DNA from: a virus
Taxonomy: Duplodnaviria > Caudoviricetes
Length of the DNA stretch: 64,000 bases
Strand: one strand, 5' to 3'
IMG/VR virus record: IMGVR_UViG_3300017700_000931
Span: 224,001 to 288,000 of that record
Of the stretch, positions 29,450 to 38,554 are shown in pieces. Each line of letters opens with the position of its first letter. Position 1 is the stretch's first letter. The notes under the pieces are model-generated. The model was not told the origin of the DNA. It saw nothing but the letters and a program-made list of their open reading frames with translations, and did not search any database. Position numbers and translations under genes: made by a program.

Positions 29450-30085
29450 TTAACCATTCTTTCTTAATTCTTTTGCAATGGCTTTGAGTTGAATCATTTC
29501 AGTTGTATTCACAATACCATCACCAATATTAGTAGTGAACACCTCCAAGCCACCTTGGTTATTAGGGTTTGAGAATGTCCAACGGTGGTTTTTCGTTTCA
29601 ATAATATACAAGGTACTTGTCTTTGTTTTTTCCATTCGGCATCTACCAGTAATAACGTTTTTTATTCTGCTTTTATTTGGCTTTGCTTTAAACTTAGGGT
29701 TGAACCAAAATTCATTAATATAATCCTGTGTTTCTCTATCTACCATATAGGCTGTAAAGTTCCAACGAAAGTGACCTTTATGAATGGTTTCAAAACTTCT
29801 ATTCATTTGTGTAACGTGCATCCCTCTGAGTTGTACACCTCGTGTAAATCGTTCATTAGACTTCACCTTAGAGTAATCACCCCAACGCTTTATTGTGCCT
29901 TTAGAAATGCTCTTTAACATTCCTTCAATAGACGAAGGTGAACCAATGTTAAAAGCCATGTGGTTCATTTTGTCAGCTAAGGCAGAAATAACGTGCGGTT
30001 GTAATCCTGAATAGCACATTACGAATCTTTCAATTTCCTTTAAGAAATTTTGTTTGAAGTTGGTTACAATTTCTAGTGGTGTCAT
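29450..30085 (-). CDS. Hypothetical early protein
   Basis: 211-aa ORF. Confidence 0.7.
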   Translation of the reverse strand: MTPLEIVTNFKQNFLKEIERFVMCYSGLQPHVISALADKMNHMAFNIGSPSSIEGMLKSISKGTIKRWGDYSKVKSNERFTRGVQLRGMHVTQMNRSFETIHKGHFRWNFTAYMVDRETQDYINEFWFNPKFKAKPNKSRIKNVITGRCRMEKTKTSTLYIIETKNHRWTFSNPNNQGGLEVFTTNIGDGIVNTTEMIQLKAIAKELRKNG

Positions 30086-30091
30086 AGTGGT

Positions 30092-30511
30092 TTATTGGTT
30101 ATTTAAAAATGTGTTTAGTTCTTCTTTATTGTTTGCGTATTGGGCTTCAATCGGGTTATCGTTTGTATCCCATTCAATTCTATTTCCGTCTGAGTCAATC
30201 GGGTAAATAACCCAGAGTTTTTGTATTCTATCGTAGAAGTATTCAAAGCCTTTTTTCTGGTAGGTTTTCATTTCTTTCATGGCTATTTTTTTCAATTGTA
30301 TTTTACCCCATTTATTAGCAATATCAAAACGAACTTCTTTTTCAATATCACCAAATTGAAGTGTTAACACCTCTCCAATCCCACCAACAATTAACGCAGA
30401 GGTAATTTCTTTATTTGTTTCATTTTTAGCAACTAAAAATTTGCGACCTTCAACCTCAACAATTTTAATATTGTTATCAAGGTATTGTATTATTTTACCT
30501 TCAATTTTCAT
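30092..30511 (-). CDS. Hypothetical early protein
   Basis: 139-aa ORF. Confidence 0.65.
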   Translation of the reverse strand: MKIEGKIIQYLDNNIKIVEVEGRKFLVAKNETNKEITSALIVGGIGEVLTLQFGDIEKEVRFDIANKWGKIQLKKIAMKEMKTYQKKGFEYFYDRIQKLWVIYPIDSDGNRIEWDTNDNPIEAQYANNKEELNTFLNNQ

Positions 30512-30688
30512 GGCTATTTTTTAAGTTGAATTTGTTCACGAATACATTTTGCCATTCGTTCGAGGTGGTCTGCTTTATCCTCATCGGAGCGGTTTTGTTT
30601 GTAGGTATCGAATAAGCGTTTTTCTTCTTTCTTCAATTCCTCTAGCCGGAGTGCTTTATTGTTTCCTTTCATTTGGGTAGTTAATTTG

Positions 30689-30868
30689 TTACCAAGCCAT
30701 TACGCTATATGGGTTATAGCCTTGTGTACGTAATTCATCTCTTAGTTTAATGAATTTTTTTTCACTTACTTTAAAAACTGAGGTGTTGGTACTGGCTTCA
30801 ATGAATGTTACCTTTGGTAATATTTTTTTGAATATTGGTTCGTTTTGTTTTGCGATTAATACGTTCAT
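30689..30868 (-). CDS. Small hypothetical early protein
   Basis: Start placed at MNVLIAKQ after the leader. Confidence 0.65.
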   Translation of the reverse strand: MNVLIAKQNEPIFKKILPKVTFIEASTNTSVFKVSEKKFIKLRDELRTQGYNPYSVMAW

Positions 30869-30944
30869 GTGGTTTAGTTTATTAGTTTGACAGGACAAAT
30901 ATAAAACAATATTTGATATAAACCTAATTTTTTATGAATTATTT

Positions 30945-31014
30945 TTGAATAAAAAAAGAAAAGTCCCTAGTGTAGTTTTGGTTAGCTACGATACTAGGGA
31001 CTTTATAACCAATA
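30945..31014 (-). terminator. Long-stem terminator closing the ncRNA/tRNA transcript
   Basis: AAAGTCCCTAGT/ACTAGGGACTTT 12-bp stem plus a T-tract on minus. Confidence 0.75.
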
Positions 31015-31252
31015 AACATGAAGTAACCAGCTGCATGTATCTTTTTGCGTTGTTACGCAAATGGGAGGGGACACAAATGATAAACTACATACGTCTCATC
31101 TATCAATTGTTAATAAGTTCCGTTGTCGTACTAACAACTTCTTTATTAAGTCCCCATGTATCTTAAAACACTATCAAAGTCCCATAATTAATGACCTTTG
31201 GGTATTAGTAGACGGAACGGTCATGCGCCCTACTTTGGTAATGTTAATTTAG

Positions 31253-31324
31253 CGCACGAGGTGGGACTCGAACCCACAACTATCCGTTGAAAAGACGGTG
31301 CTTTACCAGTTAAGCTACTGTGCT
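31253..31324 (-). tRNA. Degenerate tRNA (anticodon ambiguous: Lys-UUU or Glu-UUC)
   Basis: TAGCTTAACTGGTAAAGC D-arm and GTGGG-TTCGAGT-CCCAC T-arm intact; bulged acceptor stem, 4-bp anticodon stem CCGT/ACGG, no CCA. Confidence 0.7.
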
Positions 31325-31620
31325 GGGGTTTCCCCCATTTTAGGTGTGCACACCTACTAAGGCCGTACCTTGCCTTAGTGCTACGTTTGGTCAGACGGCC
31401 ATCCAACCTAAAGGGGTGTTTGCTTGCCCACTTTTGCTATTCGGCAACCTCTGTCAACCGCCTTGTTGGGAGGTTGTACACATTATGCCGATACTAGCTT
31501 CTTTCAACCGCTTGGTACACACCGGAGCGAACTCCGAAAACCTAAGCGGTTATCATATCTATTGTTGTCACTTTATCGGGTTTGCTGGTCTTGGTAGGAC
31601 AACTCACCTTAACACCCAAC
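31325..31620 (-). ncRNA. Candidate structured ncRNA (~300 nt) upstream of the tRNA
   Basis: Own TATCTTTG promoter (~31628-31635), about 50% GC by eye, at least six stems including UUCG and GAAA tetraloops. Confidence 0.6.
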
Positions 31621-31665
31621 TGAGGAACAAAGATAAAACAAATATTTCATTCCACCAAATTATTT

Positions 31666-31857
31666 TTAATCTTTTTTAAAAATAATGAAGAACATATTTA
31701 CAAACGCCCCAACAATTCCACCAATCAACGGAATTAAAAAATTCCAGTTTGCTGGGTCATGGTTAATAATGTAATCTGCACCCTCAACAATTCCCCAAAT
31801 TGCACCTGAAATATATGCAATTGCACAAAGGAAGTGAATCAAAATGTTCATAGCCAT
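31666..31857 (-). CDS. Small 2-TM membrane protein
   Basis: 63 aa, hydrophobic. Confidence 0.6.
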   Translation of the reverse strand: MAMNILIHFLCAIAYISGAIWGIVEGADYIINHDPANWNFLIPLIGGIVGAFVNMFFIIFKKD

Positions 31858-32066
31858 ACGGTTACTTTTTTATGTTTTGATGATAACATTAGGTAGTGAC
31901 CTCGTGCCGTTGATAAGAATTACGCTTTCGCCACCTCAACGTGTGTATCCTCTACCTAGTGTTATTGTTTTAGATTACTTTTTCATAACGGGGCGTGTTT
32001 TTGGTTAATACTTTGAATAAATAATATCAGGAAACAAATATAAGTATAATATTTTAATCTACCAAA

Positions 32067-32420
32067 TTAAAATTCAAGTTTTATTTTAGTTATTAATTGG
32101 TTATCGTACATTTGTTCTTTACCCTCAGTATATTCGTATGCTTGTATAATGTATGACAACCAACTTTGTTTGTCATCAAATTCTGAGCGGTTTTCATAAT
32201 CAAAATGAACATCAATAATAGTTCCATCCAATAATGTAACACTCGTCCATTCATCAGAATCATTAAAAACTATTGTTTGTTTACATTTAATGCTAGACTT
32301 TGAATCTTTTTGGAATGTCTCCCAACTTTTATCTTCAAAATCCAAAACAAGTTCAGTACCTTTTTTTAATGTGTATTCTAATACAACACTTCTAAATCCT
32401 AAATTTAATATCGCTTTCAT
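32067..32420 (-). CDS. Hypothetical early protein
   Basis: Start placed at MKAILNLG after the hairpin-leader. Confidence 0.7.
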   Translation of the reverse strand: MKAILNLGFRSVVLEYTLKKGTELVLDFEDKSWETFQKDSKSSIKCKQTIVFNDSDEWTSVTLLDGTIIDVHFDYENRSEFDDKQSWLSYIIQAYEYTEGKEQMYDNQLITKIKLEF

Positions 32421-32823
32421 GGTTATCCGGTTAAATTGGTTATTTGATAAAGGGCATAAAGCCCTTTGGTTAACCACCCATATCCTCTGAAACCTCAGAC
32501 ATCAATGTGCCGTCTTCAAATTCTTTGCCTTCTGCAAGGGCTTCAATTTCCTCACCCTCAATAGAACGAGTAACGGCTCTTAATGCTGACAAAATTTGTT
32601 CCTTTGTTCCTGAACCAGTAATTTTAATTTGTAATTGCATATCGTTTGTTTTAGTTTGACTGATACAAATATAATACTATATTTTCAATTGACCAAATTA
32701 TTTTGAACTTATTTTATGAATTAATTTCACAACAATTGGTTGAACATAAGAAAGTGTTATAATCATTCCGCTCACAATTAAAATAAAGTACATAGGTTGA
32801 GTTTTTGATAAGGGTTTTACCCC

Positions 32824-33015
32824 TTATTCTTCTTCCTCAACATCAATAATATCGGAGGCAGAAATATCTGAAATGAAAATCTTTGGTTCTGCTTCCAGTT
32901 CACTAGCACCAACAATATTATTCATTACCTCTAAGGTGTCCTGAACCTCTGTCAAATCATTCCCACCCTCTTTAATTAACAATTGAATTTGTACGGTTAC
33001 TGTAATTGCTTTCAT
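32824..33015 (-). CDS. Small acidic early protein
   Basis: 63 aa, cassette leader. Confidence 0.7.
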   Translation of the reverse strand: MKAITVTVQIQLLIKEGGNDLTEVQDTLEVMNNIVGASELEAEPKIFISDISASDIIDVEEEE

Positions 33016-33060
33016 ATCTGGTTACTTTTATTAGTTTGATAAAGGGGTTTCCCCCTTTAT

Positions 33061-33390
33061 TTAGTTAGTCGTATAAGCAATTGAAACAACAATATATTCT
33101 TCATCGACTGTATGTGTGTTAACCTCAACCGCAACATAGAAATCACTCTCAGTTTGGGCTTCAACACATTCGTGAATAATATCAATTGGTTGGTCATAAG
33201 TTTCAAGTGTTTCTTCAATCACTCGTTCTGCTTCTGAAACGAAACCTTTTTCTAAGGTATCCTCTCTATACTGTTCTACATTTTCTGTGAAGTCAGCATC
33301 AAAGAATAATTCTAAGAGGCTTTCTTTTGTAAGTTTACCATCTTCACCGAATCGAACAATTACTAATTTTGAATTTAATGTTACTTGCAT
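33061..33390 (-). CDS. Acidic early protein
   Basis: 109 aa, cassette leader. Confidence 0.75.
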   Translation of the reverse strand: MQVTLNSKLVIVRFGEDGKLTKESLLELFFDADFTENVEQYREDTLEKGFVSEAERVIEETLETYDQPIDIIHECVEAQTESDFYVAVEVNTHTVDEEYIVVSIAYTTN

Positions 33391-33436
33391 ATCTGGTTAC
33401 TTTTTAGTTTGATATTGGGGGCAATTGCCCCCAAAT

Positions 33437-33622
33437 TTAAATACTTTCTTCAAAATTATGGTCAATAGCTTGGTCAACAATACCAGAGTCAACAACTTTA
33501 ACGCCATCAGTATTGGTTGTAATTGTACAATCAAGTTCTTCAGCAATTTTTCTCAATTGTTTTGGGGTTACTGGTTTGTCAAGTTCAACTCGTACATTTA
33601 AATAAAAAACATTCACTTTCAT
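33437..33622 (-). CDS. Small early protein
   Basis: 61 aa, cassette leader. Confidence 0.7.
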   Translation of the reverse strand: MKVNVFYLNVRVELDKPVTPKQLRKIAEELDCTITTNTDGVKVVDSGIVDQAIDHNFEESI

Positions 33623-33846
33623 ATCTGGTTACATTTTTAGTTTGATAAAAGAGGGGAATTAATTCCACCCCTTTTTGTGCTTATCCTTTCGGTTATAAGC
33701 CTTTTTGTTTTTTTGCACCATTGGGCGTACCGCTTGGTGAATTTCGTGTTGGGTGAGTTGAATTGTTTGCAGTTTCATAATTGGTTATTTTAGTTTGACA
33801 TGACAAATATAATACAATATTTCTTATCCACCAAACTTTTTTGCAA

Positions 33847-34179
33847 TTATTTTTTACTTAAATCGTAAGGCACTGCATCCAAGCCATATTCACAGGTATA
33901 TCCAATGGCTTCCAATTTCTCCACTAAGGTAGCACAAGCCTCATAAGTCATCGTATCAGTTGAGTACTTGTCTAATACTGCTTTAACCTCGTCCGGCAAG
34001 TTGTCGTAATCCTCAAATAAATCGGTACTTTGGTTAAATAACTCCAACCATTGTTTGGTTGTATATAAACCATATTTATTTCTACATTCGTCAATACTTA
34101 GATTGAATCTAATTGACGCAATATTCAAATATTTTCTGTAGGTTGAAATTGCTGGTAATTTGTCCTCTATTTGGTTCAT
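33847..34179 (-). CDS. Hypothetical early protein
   Basis: 110 aa, cassette leader. Confidence 0.7.
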   Translation of the reverse strand: MNQIEDKLPAISTYRKYLNIASIRFNLSIDECRNKYGLYTTKQWLELFNQSTDLFEDYDNLPDEVKAVLDKYSTDTMTYEACATLVEKLEAIGYTCEYGLDAVPYDLSKK

Positions 34180-34222
34180 ACTGGTTACATTTATTAGTTT
34201 GATAAGGGGTTAACCCCCTTGC

Positions 34223-34435
34223 TTATAATCTCTCAATTATAAGCATTGACTTTTTGAATTCATGGTTACACCCATCACATGCCATACTGAAATAAATTTC
34301 ATTATCGTGACCCAATAATTTGTATGCTTTTTTTAAATCTGGGTCAGCCTCCTGAATTTGGTTTTTACTGGAATGTGCCAATGGTTCGTTGTCGGTTGTA
34401 CGCACCATGAAAGAATTGCATTTTGGACAGTTCAT
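34223..34435 (-). CDS. Small zinc-ribbon protein
   Basis: MNCPKC...ACDGCNHEF; start after the leader. Confidence 0.7.
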   Translation of the reverse strand: MNCPKCNSFMVRTTDNEPLAHSSKNQIQEADPDLKKAYKLLGHDNEIYFSMACDGCNHEFKKSMLIIERL

Positions 34436-34482
34436 AAAGTTGTTTATTAGTTTGATATTTGTGGGGCAATTGCCCCACAAAT

Positions 34483-34767
34483 TTAATAAACACAAATTTC
34501 CTCCATCTTAATATCCTCATAGAAATCTGAATCCTCAGCCTCAATTAAAACGTGTGCTGACAATACAACGGTTGTGCTTAATTGAAGACTTTCAACTGTA
34601 ACAATTTTCACCGGACAAGAATAATGTTCTTTCAATGCCAAAACTAGTTTTGGCTCAACAATTTCTCTTAGGTTAATTTTTTTAGTATCGTTGACTTCAC
34701 CTAAGTCAATAACACCAACATTTTTTTGACCTTCAATCGCAATGTTTACAAAGATTCTTCTTTTCAT
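34483..34767 (-). CDS. Hypothetical early protein
   Basis: Start placed at MKRRIF. Confidence 0.7.
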   Translation of the reverse strand: MKRRIFVNIAIEGQKNVGVIDLGEVNDTKKINLREIVEPKLVLALKEHYSCPVKIVTVESLQLSTTVVLSAHVLIEAEDSDFYEDIKMEEICVY

Positions 34768-34870
34768 AATGGTTACGTTTATTAGTTTGACAATACAAAT
34801 ATAATACAATATTTGATATAAACCAAATTATTTGTAATTAATTTTGATAAAGGGGTTTCCCCCTTTGTGG

Positions 34871-35380
34871 TTATCTGTAATACTCCCTTACAGTATAATC
34901 AATGGTTTGCTTGAACGCATCCAATTCCTTTTGCATCTCGTTTAGCTTAGCCAGTTTTTTCAATTCAGCATCCAAATCAATGGTTTTATCCAAATCGTAC
35001 TCAGTGACTAGTTTATCGTAATCCTCGACGCTAATCAATAAGCCGTCTTTAATTTGACCAATTGCAATTCTTCGCTCAAAGTATTCTGTATATGCAGTGC
35101 TTGGACGAACGTCATAAGAACCACCGAATTTGCATATCTTGAAATTAATATACATACATCCATGAGCAAAGGTAATATACCCAACGGAACGCTCACCTTT
35201 TTCATCCTTTACAATAAGAGGTAATAACGAATCAGCACTTTTAACCAGTACGTTACTTGCTTTAACAATTTTTTTGCCTAGGAAAAATACTAAGGCGGGT
35301 AGAATTTGTTTTAGGGTTTCTTTAATTGCGGTATTCAATTCCTTGTTACCTTCAATCACAATGTTAATAGGTGTTTTCAT
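34871..35380 (-). CDS. Hypothetical early protein
   Basis: 169 aa, promoter-leader module. Confidence 0.75.
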   Translation of the reverse strand: MKTPINIVIEGNKELNTAIKETLKQILPALVFFLGKKIVKASNVLVKSADSLLPLIVKDEKGERSVGYITFAHGCMYINFKICKFGGSYDVRPSTAYTEYFERRIAIGQIKDGLLISVEDYDKLVTEYDLDKTIDLDAELKKLAKLNEMQKELDAFKQTIDYTVREYYR

Positions 35381-35537
35381 AATTTAGTGGTTTAGTTTAT
35401 TAGTTTGACTGGTACAAATATAATACTATATTTTTAATCTACCAAATAAAAAGTGAATTATTTTTAAATAAAAAAACCCCATCCAGACCGGACAGGGTTT
35501 TCCTCGTGAAATTGTCGTCAAACTATAACCACGGAAA

Positions 35538-35732
35538 TTATTTTGTTTTGTTATGGTTGTCCATAACTTGTTTATACTCTTTCATCAGGTCGTCGTGCAT
35601 ACCCTCATTGAGCGGTTTTAACTTAGCAAAAAAGAATCCACAATTTGCCTCCGCAGGTGTTTTGCTACCAGACTTTATTGCTCTCATTCCGGCTCTAATT
35701 TTATCAATACTCATTTCCTCGGTTGTCTTCAT
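35538..35732 (-). CDS. Small hypothetical protein with the late-type upstream motif
   Basis: 64 aa; ATATTTAT at 35753-35760; terminator at ~35471-35500. Confidence 0.65.
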   Translation of the reverse strand: MKTTEEMSIDKIRAGMRAIKSGSKTPAEANCGFFFAKLKPLNEGMHDDLMKEYKQVMDNHNKTK

Positions 35733-36010
35733 AGTGGTTTATTGGTTTGTTGATAAATATAAGACTATATAAATAAAGTTGGGTCCGTAACTGGGTAGGG
35801 TTGTTACGGACCCTCTTTATTAGTCAAACTAAAAACTACTTAAAGTATTTTGCGTAATATGGTCTACGTTTTTGTTTGTGCTTGTATTCCTTTACCAATT
35901 GTGGCAACACAATTCGTTTAGGTAATACGGCACTGAATTGAACAGGTGAAAATAATAACAAGAATGCGAAAATAATTGCTTTCATAATAATTTGGTTTTT
36001 GTGGTTAATA

Positions 36011-36265
36011 TTAATTCATTGCAAGGTTGTAAGCCTTAGAAATCTTGGTGAGGTTTTCATTAATAATACGAATATCATTCTTAATATCATTAATGGTAAT
36101 ATCACCCGTACCTTTAAGCCCATCAAACATTTTGGTGGCTTCAATTAACATTCGGTTACCATGTCGTTTTGCGACCATTAAAGCGAATAAATCCATATCC
36201 ATCAAAAAATGTTCTGGGGTCTGGTTTGTCTCTTCCAGAAACAACTCAGTTAATTGGTTTGCCAT
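36011..36265 (-). CDS. Hypothetical early protein
   Basis: Start placed at MANQLT. Confidence 0.65.
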   Translation of the reverse strand: MANQLTELFLEETNQTPEHFLMDMDLFALMVAKRHGNRMLIEATKMFDGLKGTGDITINDIKNDIRIINENLTKISKAYNLAMN

Positions 36266-36337
36266 ATTGGTTAATTTAGTTTGACTGGATAAAGGTAAGA
36301 ACAACTTTTCAATATTCCAAATTATTCTTACCTTTTT

Positions 36338-36736
36338 TTATGCTTTTTTCAATTTCAGTCGTTGAATGTTATTTGTGTGCTTATCTTTGAAGCGTCTCCA
36401 ACCAAGACCAGACCAATAAGCATAACATTCAACAAAATCATCCTTTGCCTCATCTTTATAGGCTTGTGGGTCGAGTTCTTTTAACACCTCTCTGAATTCA
36501 TCAAACTCTGCTTTAGAAATTCCATCAGTATATTGAATTGGGTCTGTGTCAGTTGGGAGTGTCCCGAATGGGCATTCTTTGTCATCCTCAATGCTTTCAA
36601 CATTATCAGACAAATCATGGTCAAGTTGTGTTTGAAGTCCTTTTTTTGCTTTTGAAAGCGTTTCTTCTCTTGTCGCAGTTTCATCAACAATAACACGAGT
36701 TAAAAGAGTTACATGTACTAGTTTGGCTACTTTCAT
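36338..36736 (-). CDS. Hypothetical early protein
   Basis: 132 aa, cassette leader. Confidence 0.7.
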   Translation of the reverse strand: MKVAKLVHVTLLTRVIVDETATREETLSKAKKGLQTQLDHDLSDNVESIEDDKECPFGTLPTDTDPIQYTDGISKAEFDEFREVLKELDPQAYKDEAKDDFVECYAYWSGLGWRRFKDKHTNNIQRLKLKKA

Positions 36737-36787
36737 ATTTGGTTACTTTTAGTTTGATAATGGTGGGGCGGTTAAGCCCCCACCAAT

Positions 36788-37171
36788 TTACTCTTCTTCT
36801 TCAATAGCTTCTAACCCTGCATCCTCACCATGCACTCCAATAGCAAACCAAATTTGTTCCATTGTGGCTTCATTTTTTAAAGCGTTGTGTAGAACTTTTT
36901 GTGCCTCTTCATCAGTGCATTTGAATTTCGCTTTAACATCAGCAACACTCCAAAGGTTATCAGTATAGAATCCGGCTTTTCTCAATAGTTCTTTAGCCAA
37001 TTCAACATCACTTTTTACCACATCGAATTCAGTGTTTTTCACTTTAATCCAAATATCTTTTCTTGGGTGTTTAACACTCATCAAAGTGTCAGAAAATTCC
37101 AGTGGAAGCCCTTGTGGAAATACAACACCGAATTTTTTACTTACTTTTTGTTTTTTTAGAATAACTTTCAT
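36788..37171 (-). CDS. Hypothetical early protein
   Basis: Start placed at MKVILKK. Confidence 0.7.
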   Translation of the reverse strand: MKVILKKQKVSKKFGVVFPQGLPLEFSDTLMSVKHPRKDIWIKVKNTEFDVVKSDVELAKELLRKAGFYTDNLWSVADVKAKFKCTDEEAQKVLHNALKNEATMEQIWFAIGVHGEDAGLEAIEEEE

Positions 37172-37214
37172 AGTATGTGTTTTAGTTTGACGATACAAAT
37201 ATAATACTATATTT

Positions 37215-37694
37215 CTAATTAACCAAATTTTTTATAATCTTTTTTACACTTTTTTTTATTTGGGGAATTTGGTTACGTCGGAATCTAGGATTCCAGCCCG
37301 TTTCACATAAGGCAATAGATTCCATTGTCGACCAAGAAATATTGGTTATTGCAGTATATCCAGACCAACCACTGTTGGCTAAATCTTTATAGACTCCTTT
37401 AGAGTCCATATAGCAAGTGCCTAATTTAACGAAACAATGGGCTAAATACATACCCTCTGAATTGAATTCAGCTAATGTGGGTTTGTTGTTCGTTTCTAAT
37501 ATTTTATTGAATTTATCCTCAGTACAATTACGACCTAACCAAACAATTTCGGCTTTATATCCGGCTTTGCAAAGTTCCTTTGCTAGTAAATAAGCAACAA
37601 TACCACATCCACCTGCATTCAGGTTAAAATAATTTCCTTCAAGTTCATCAGGGAGTAGTACGTTAAGTTTGGTTAAGACTTTTTTGGTTACCAT
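37215..37694 (-). CDS. Possible papain/transglutaminase-like Cys-His-Asp protein
   Basis: LNAGGCGIVAYLL...AHCFVK...YMDSKG. Confidence 0.55.
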   Translation of the reverse strand: MVTKKVLTKLNVLLPDELEGNYFNLNAGGCGIVAYLLAKELCKAGYKAEIVWLGRNCTEDKFNKILETNNKPTLAEFNSEGMYLAHCFVKLGTCYMDSKGVYKDLANSGWSGYTAITNISWSTMESIALCETGWNPRFRRNQIPQIKKSVKKIIKNLVN

Positions 37695-37741
37695 ATTTGG
37701 TTAGGTTTTTGATAAATGGGGGTATTGCTACCCCCATTCTT

Positions 37742-38554
37742 TTATTTGAAACGTTTCAAAATGTCCTTAACGCTTTCGCTTTTCAGGGCAATGTACAACT
37801 CAATCAATTTGGTTGCTTCGTCGCTTTTGTCCTCACGTTTGTCAAGGGCTTCAACAACCTCTTTCAATTTTTGCATTGGGCTTTTTGCTGTCAAAGTAGC
37901 AACGTGTTTTGTTGTCGCTTTTTTCGGTGCTTTGCCAGTTTCAACTGCCGTTGCTTTTGCTGAATCAATTGCCTCGGTAACAATTTTCAATTGCTCATCA
38001 GCATTTTTTGTTTGCTTCACAATTTGAACAACTGTACCACCAGAAATCAAACCTTCAATTACGAAGTTTTTAATTTGTTTCCCAACGTTGGCAAGTGACA
38101 ACAAGTTGTAAATGTGTGGAACTGACTTCGCAATTTTTTGTGAAATCTCTTCTGGTTTGTAGTGCATTGCAACAAGGCGTTTAATTGCCTCAGCTTGCTC
38201 CACTTCATTCAGGGCTTTTTGCCCCGTACCAGTCACAATCATTGTGAAAATCTGGTCTTCCTCATTCCCTGTGTAAGGCGCAACCTCAACGTAAGGAATT
38301 GACTCACCTCTTTTCAAAAGAATCTGAATCGCTGCGAAACGTCTGTGACCGTCAACCAATTCGTAGGTATCTTCACCACGAGTTTTTTTAGCCTTCAATG
38401 GAACTTCCAGACCAATTGAGGCAATTGAATCTGCTAGGGCTTCCAAATCACCCATGTCAAGACGCACGTTGAATCCCTCACGTACCACAATGTTGCGTGG
38501 GTCAACAAGCATTGTATCTTTTCTTTTTGTAACTAATACTGCTCCTTTTTTCAT
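37742..38554 (-). CDS. ParB/Srx-like N-terminal domain protein with HTH
   Basis: GFNVR...LADSI...GLEVPL...YELVDGHRRFAAI; LNEVEQAEAIKRL. Confidence 0.9.
   Translation of the reverse strand: MKKGAVLVTKRKDTMLVDPRNIVVREGFNVRLDMGDLEALADSIASIGLEVPLKAKKTRGEDTYELVDGHRRFAAIQILLKRGESIPYVEVAPYTGNEEDQIFTMIVTGTGQKALNEVEQAEAIKRLVAMHYKPEEISQKIAKSVPHIYNLLSLANVGKQIKNFVIEGLISGGTVVQIVKQTKNADEQLKIVTEAIDSAKATAVETGKAPKKATTKHVATLTAKSPMQKLKEVVEALDKREDKSDEATKLIELYIALKSESVKDILKRFK

Noticed and set aside
31344-31679. 111-aa + strand ORF over the structured region
   Set aside because: It is antisense to the promoter-defined transcript and has atypical composition; it is probably open because of the local GC richness.
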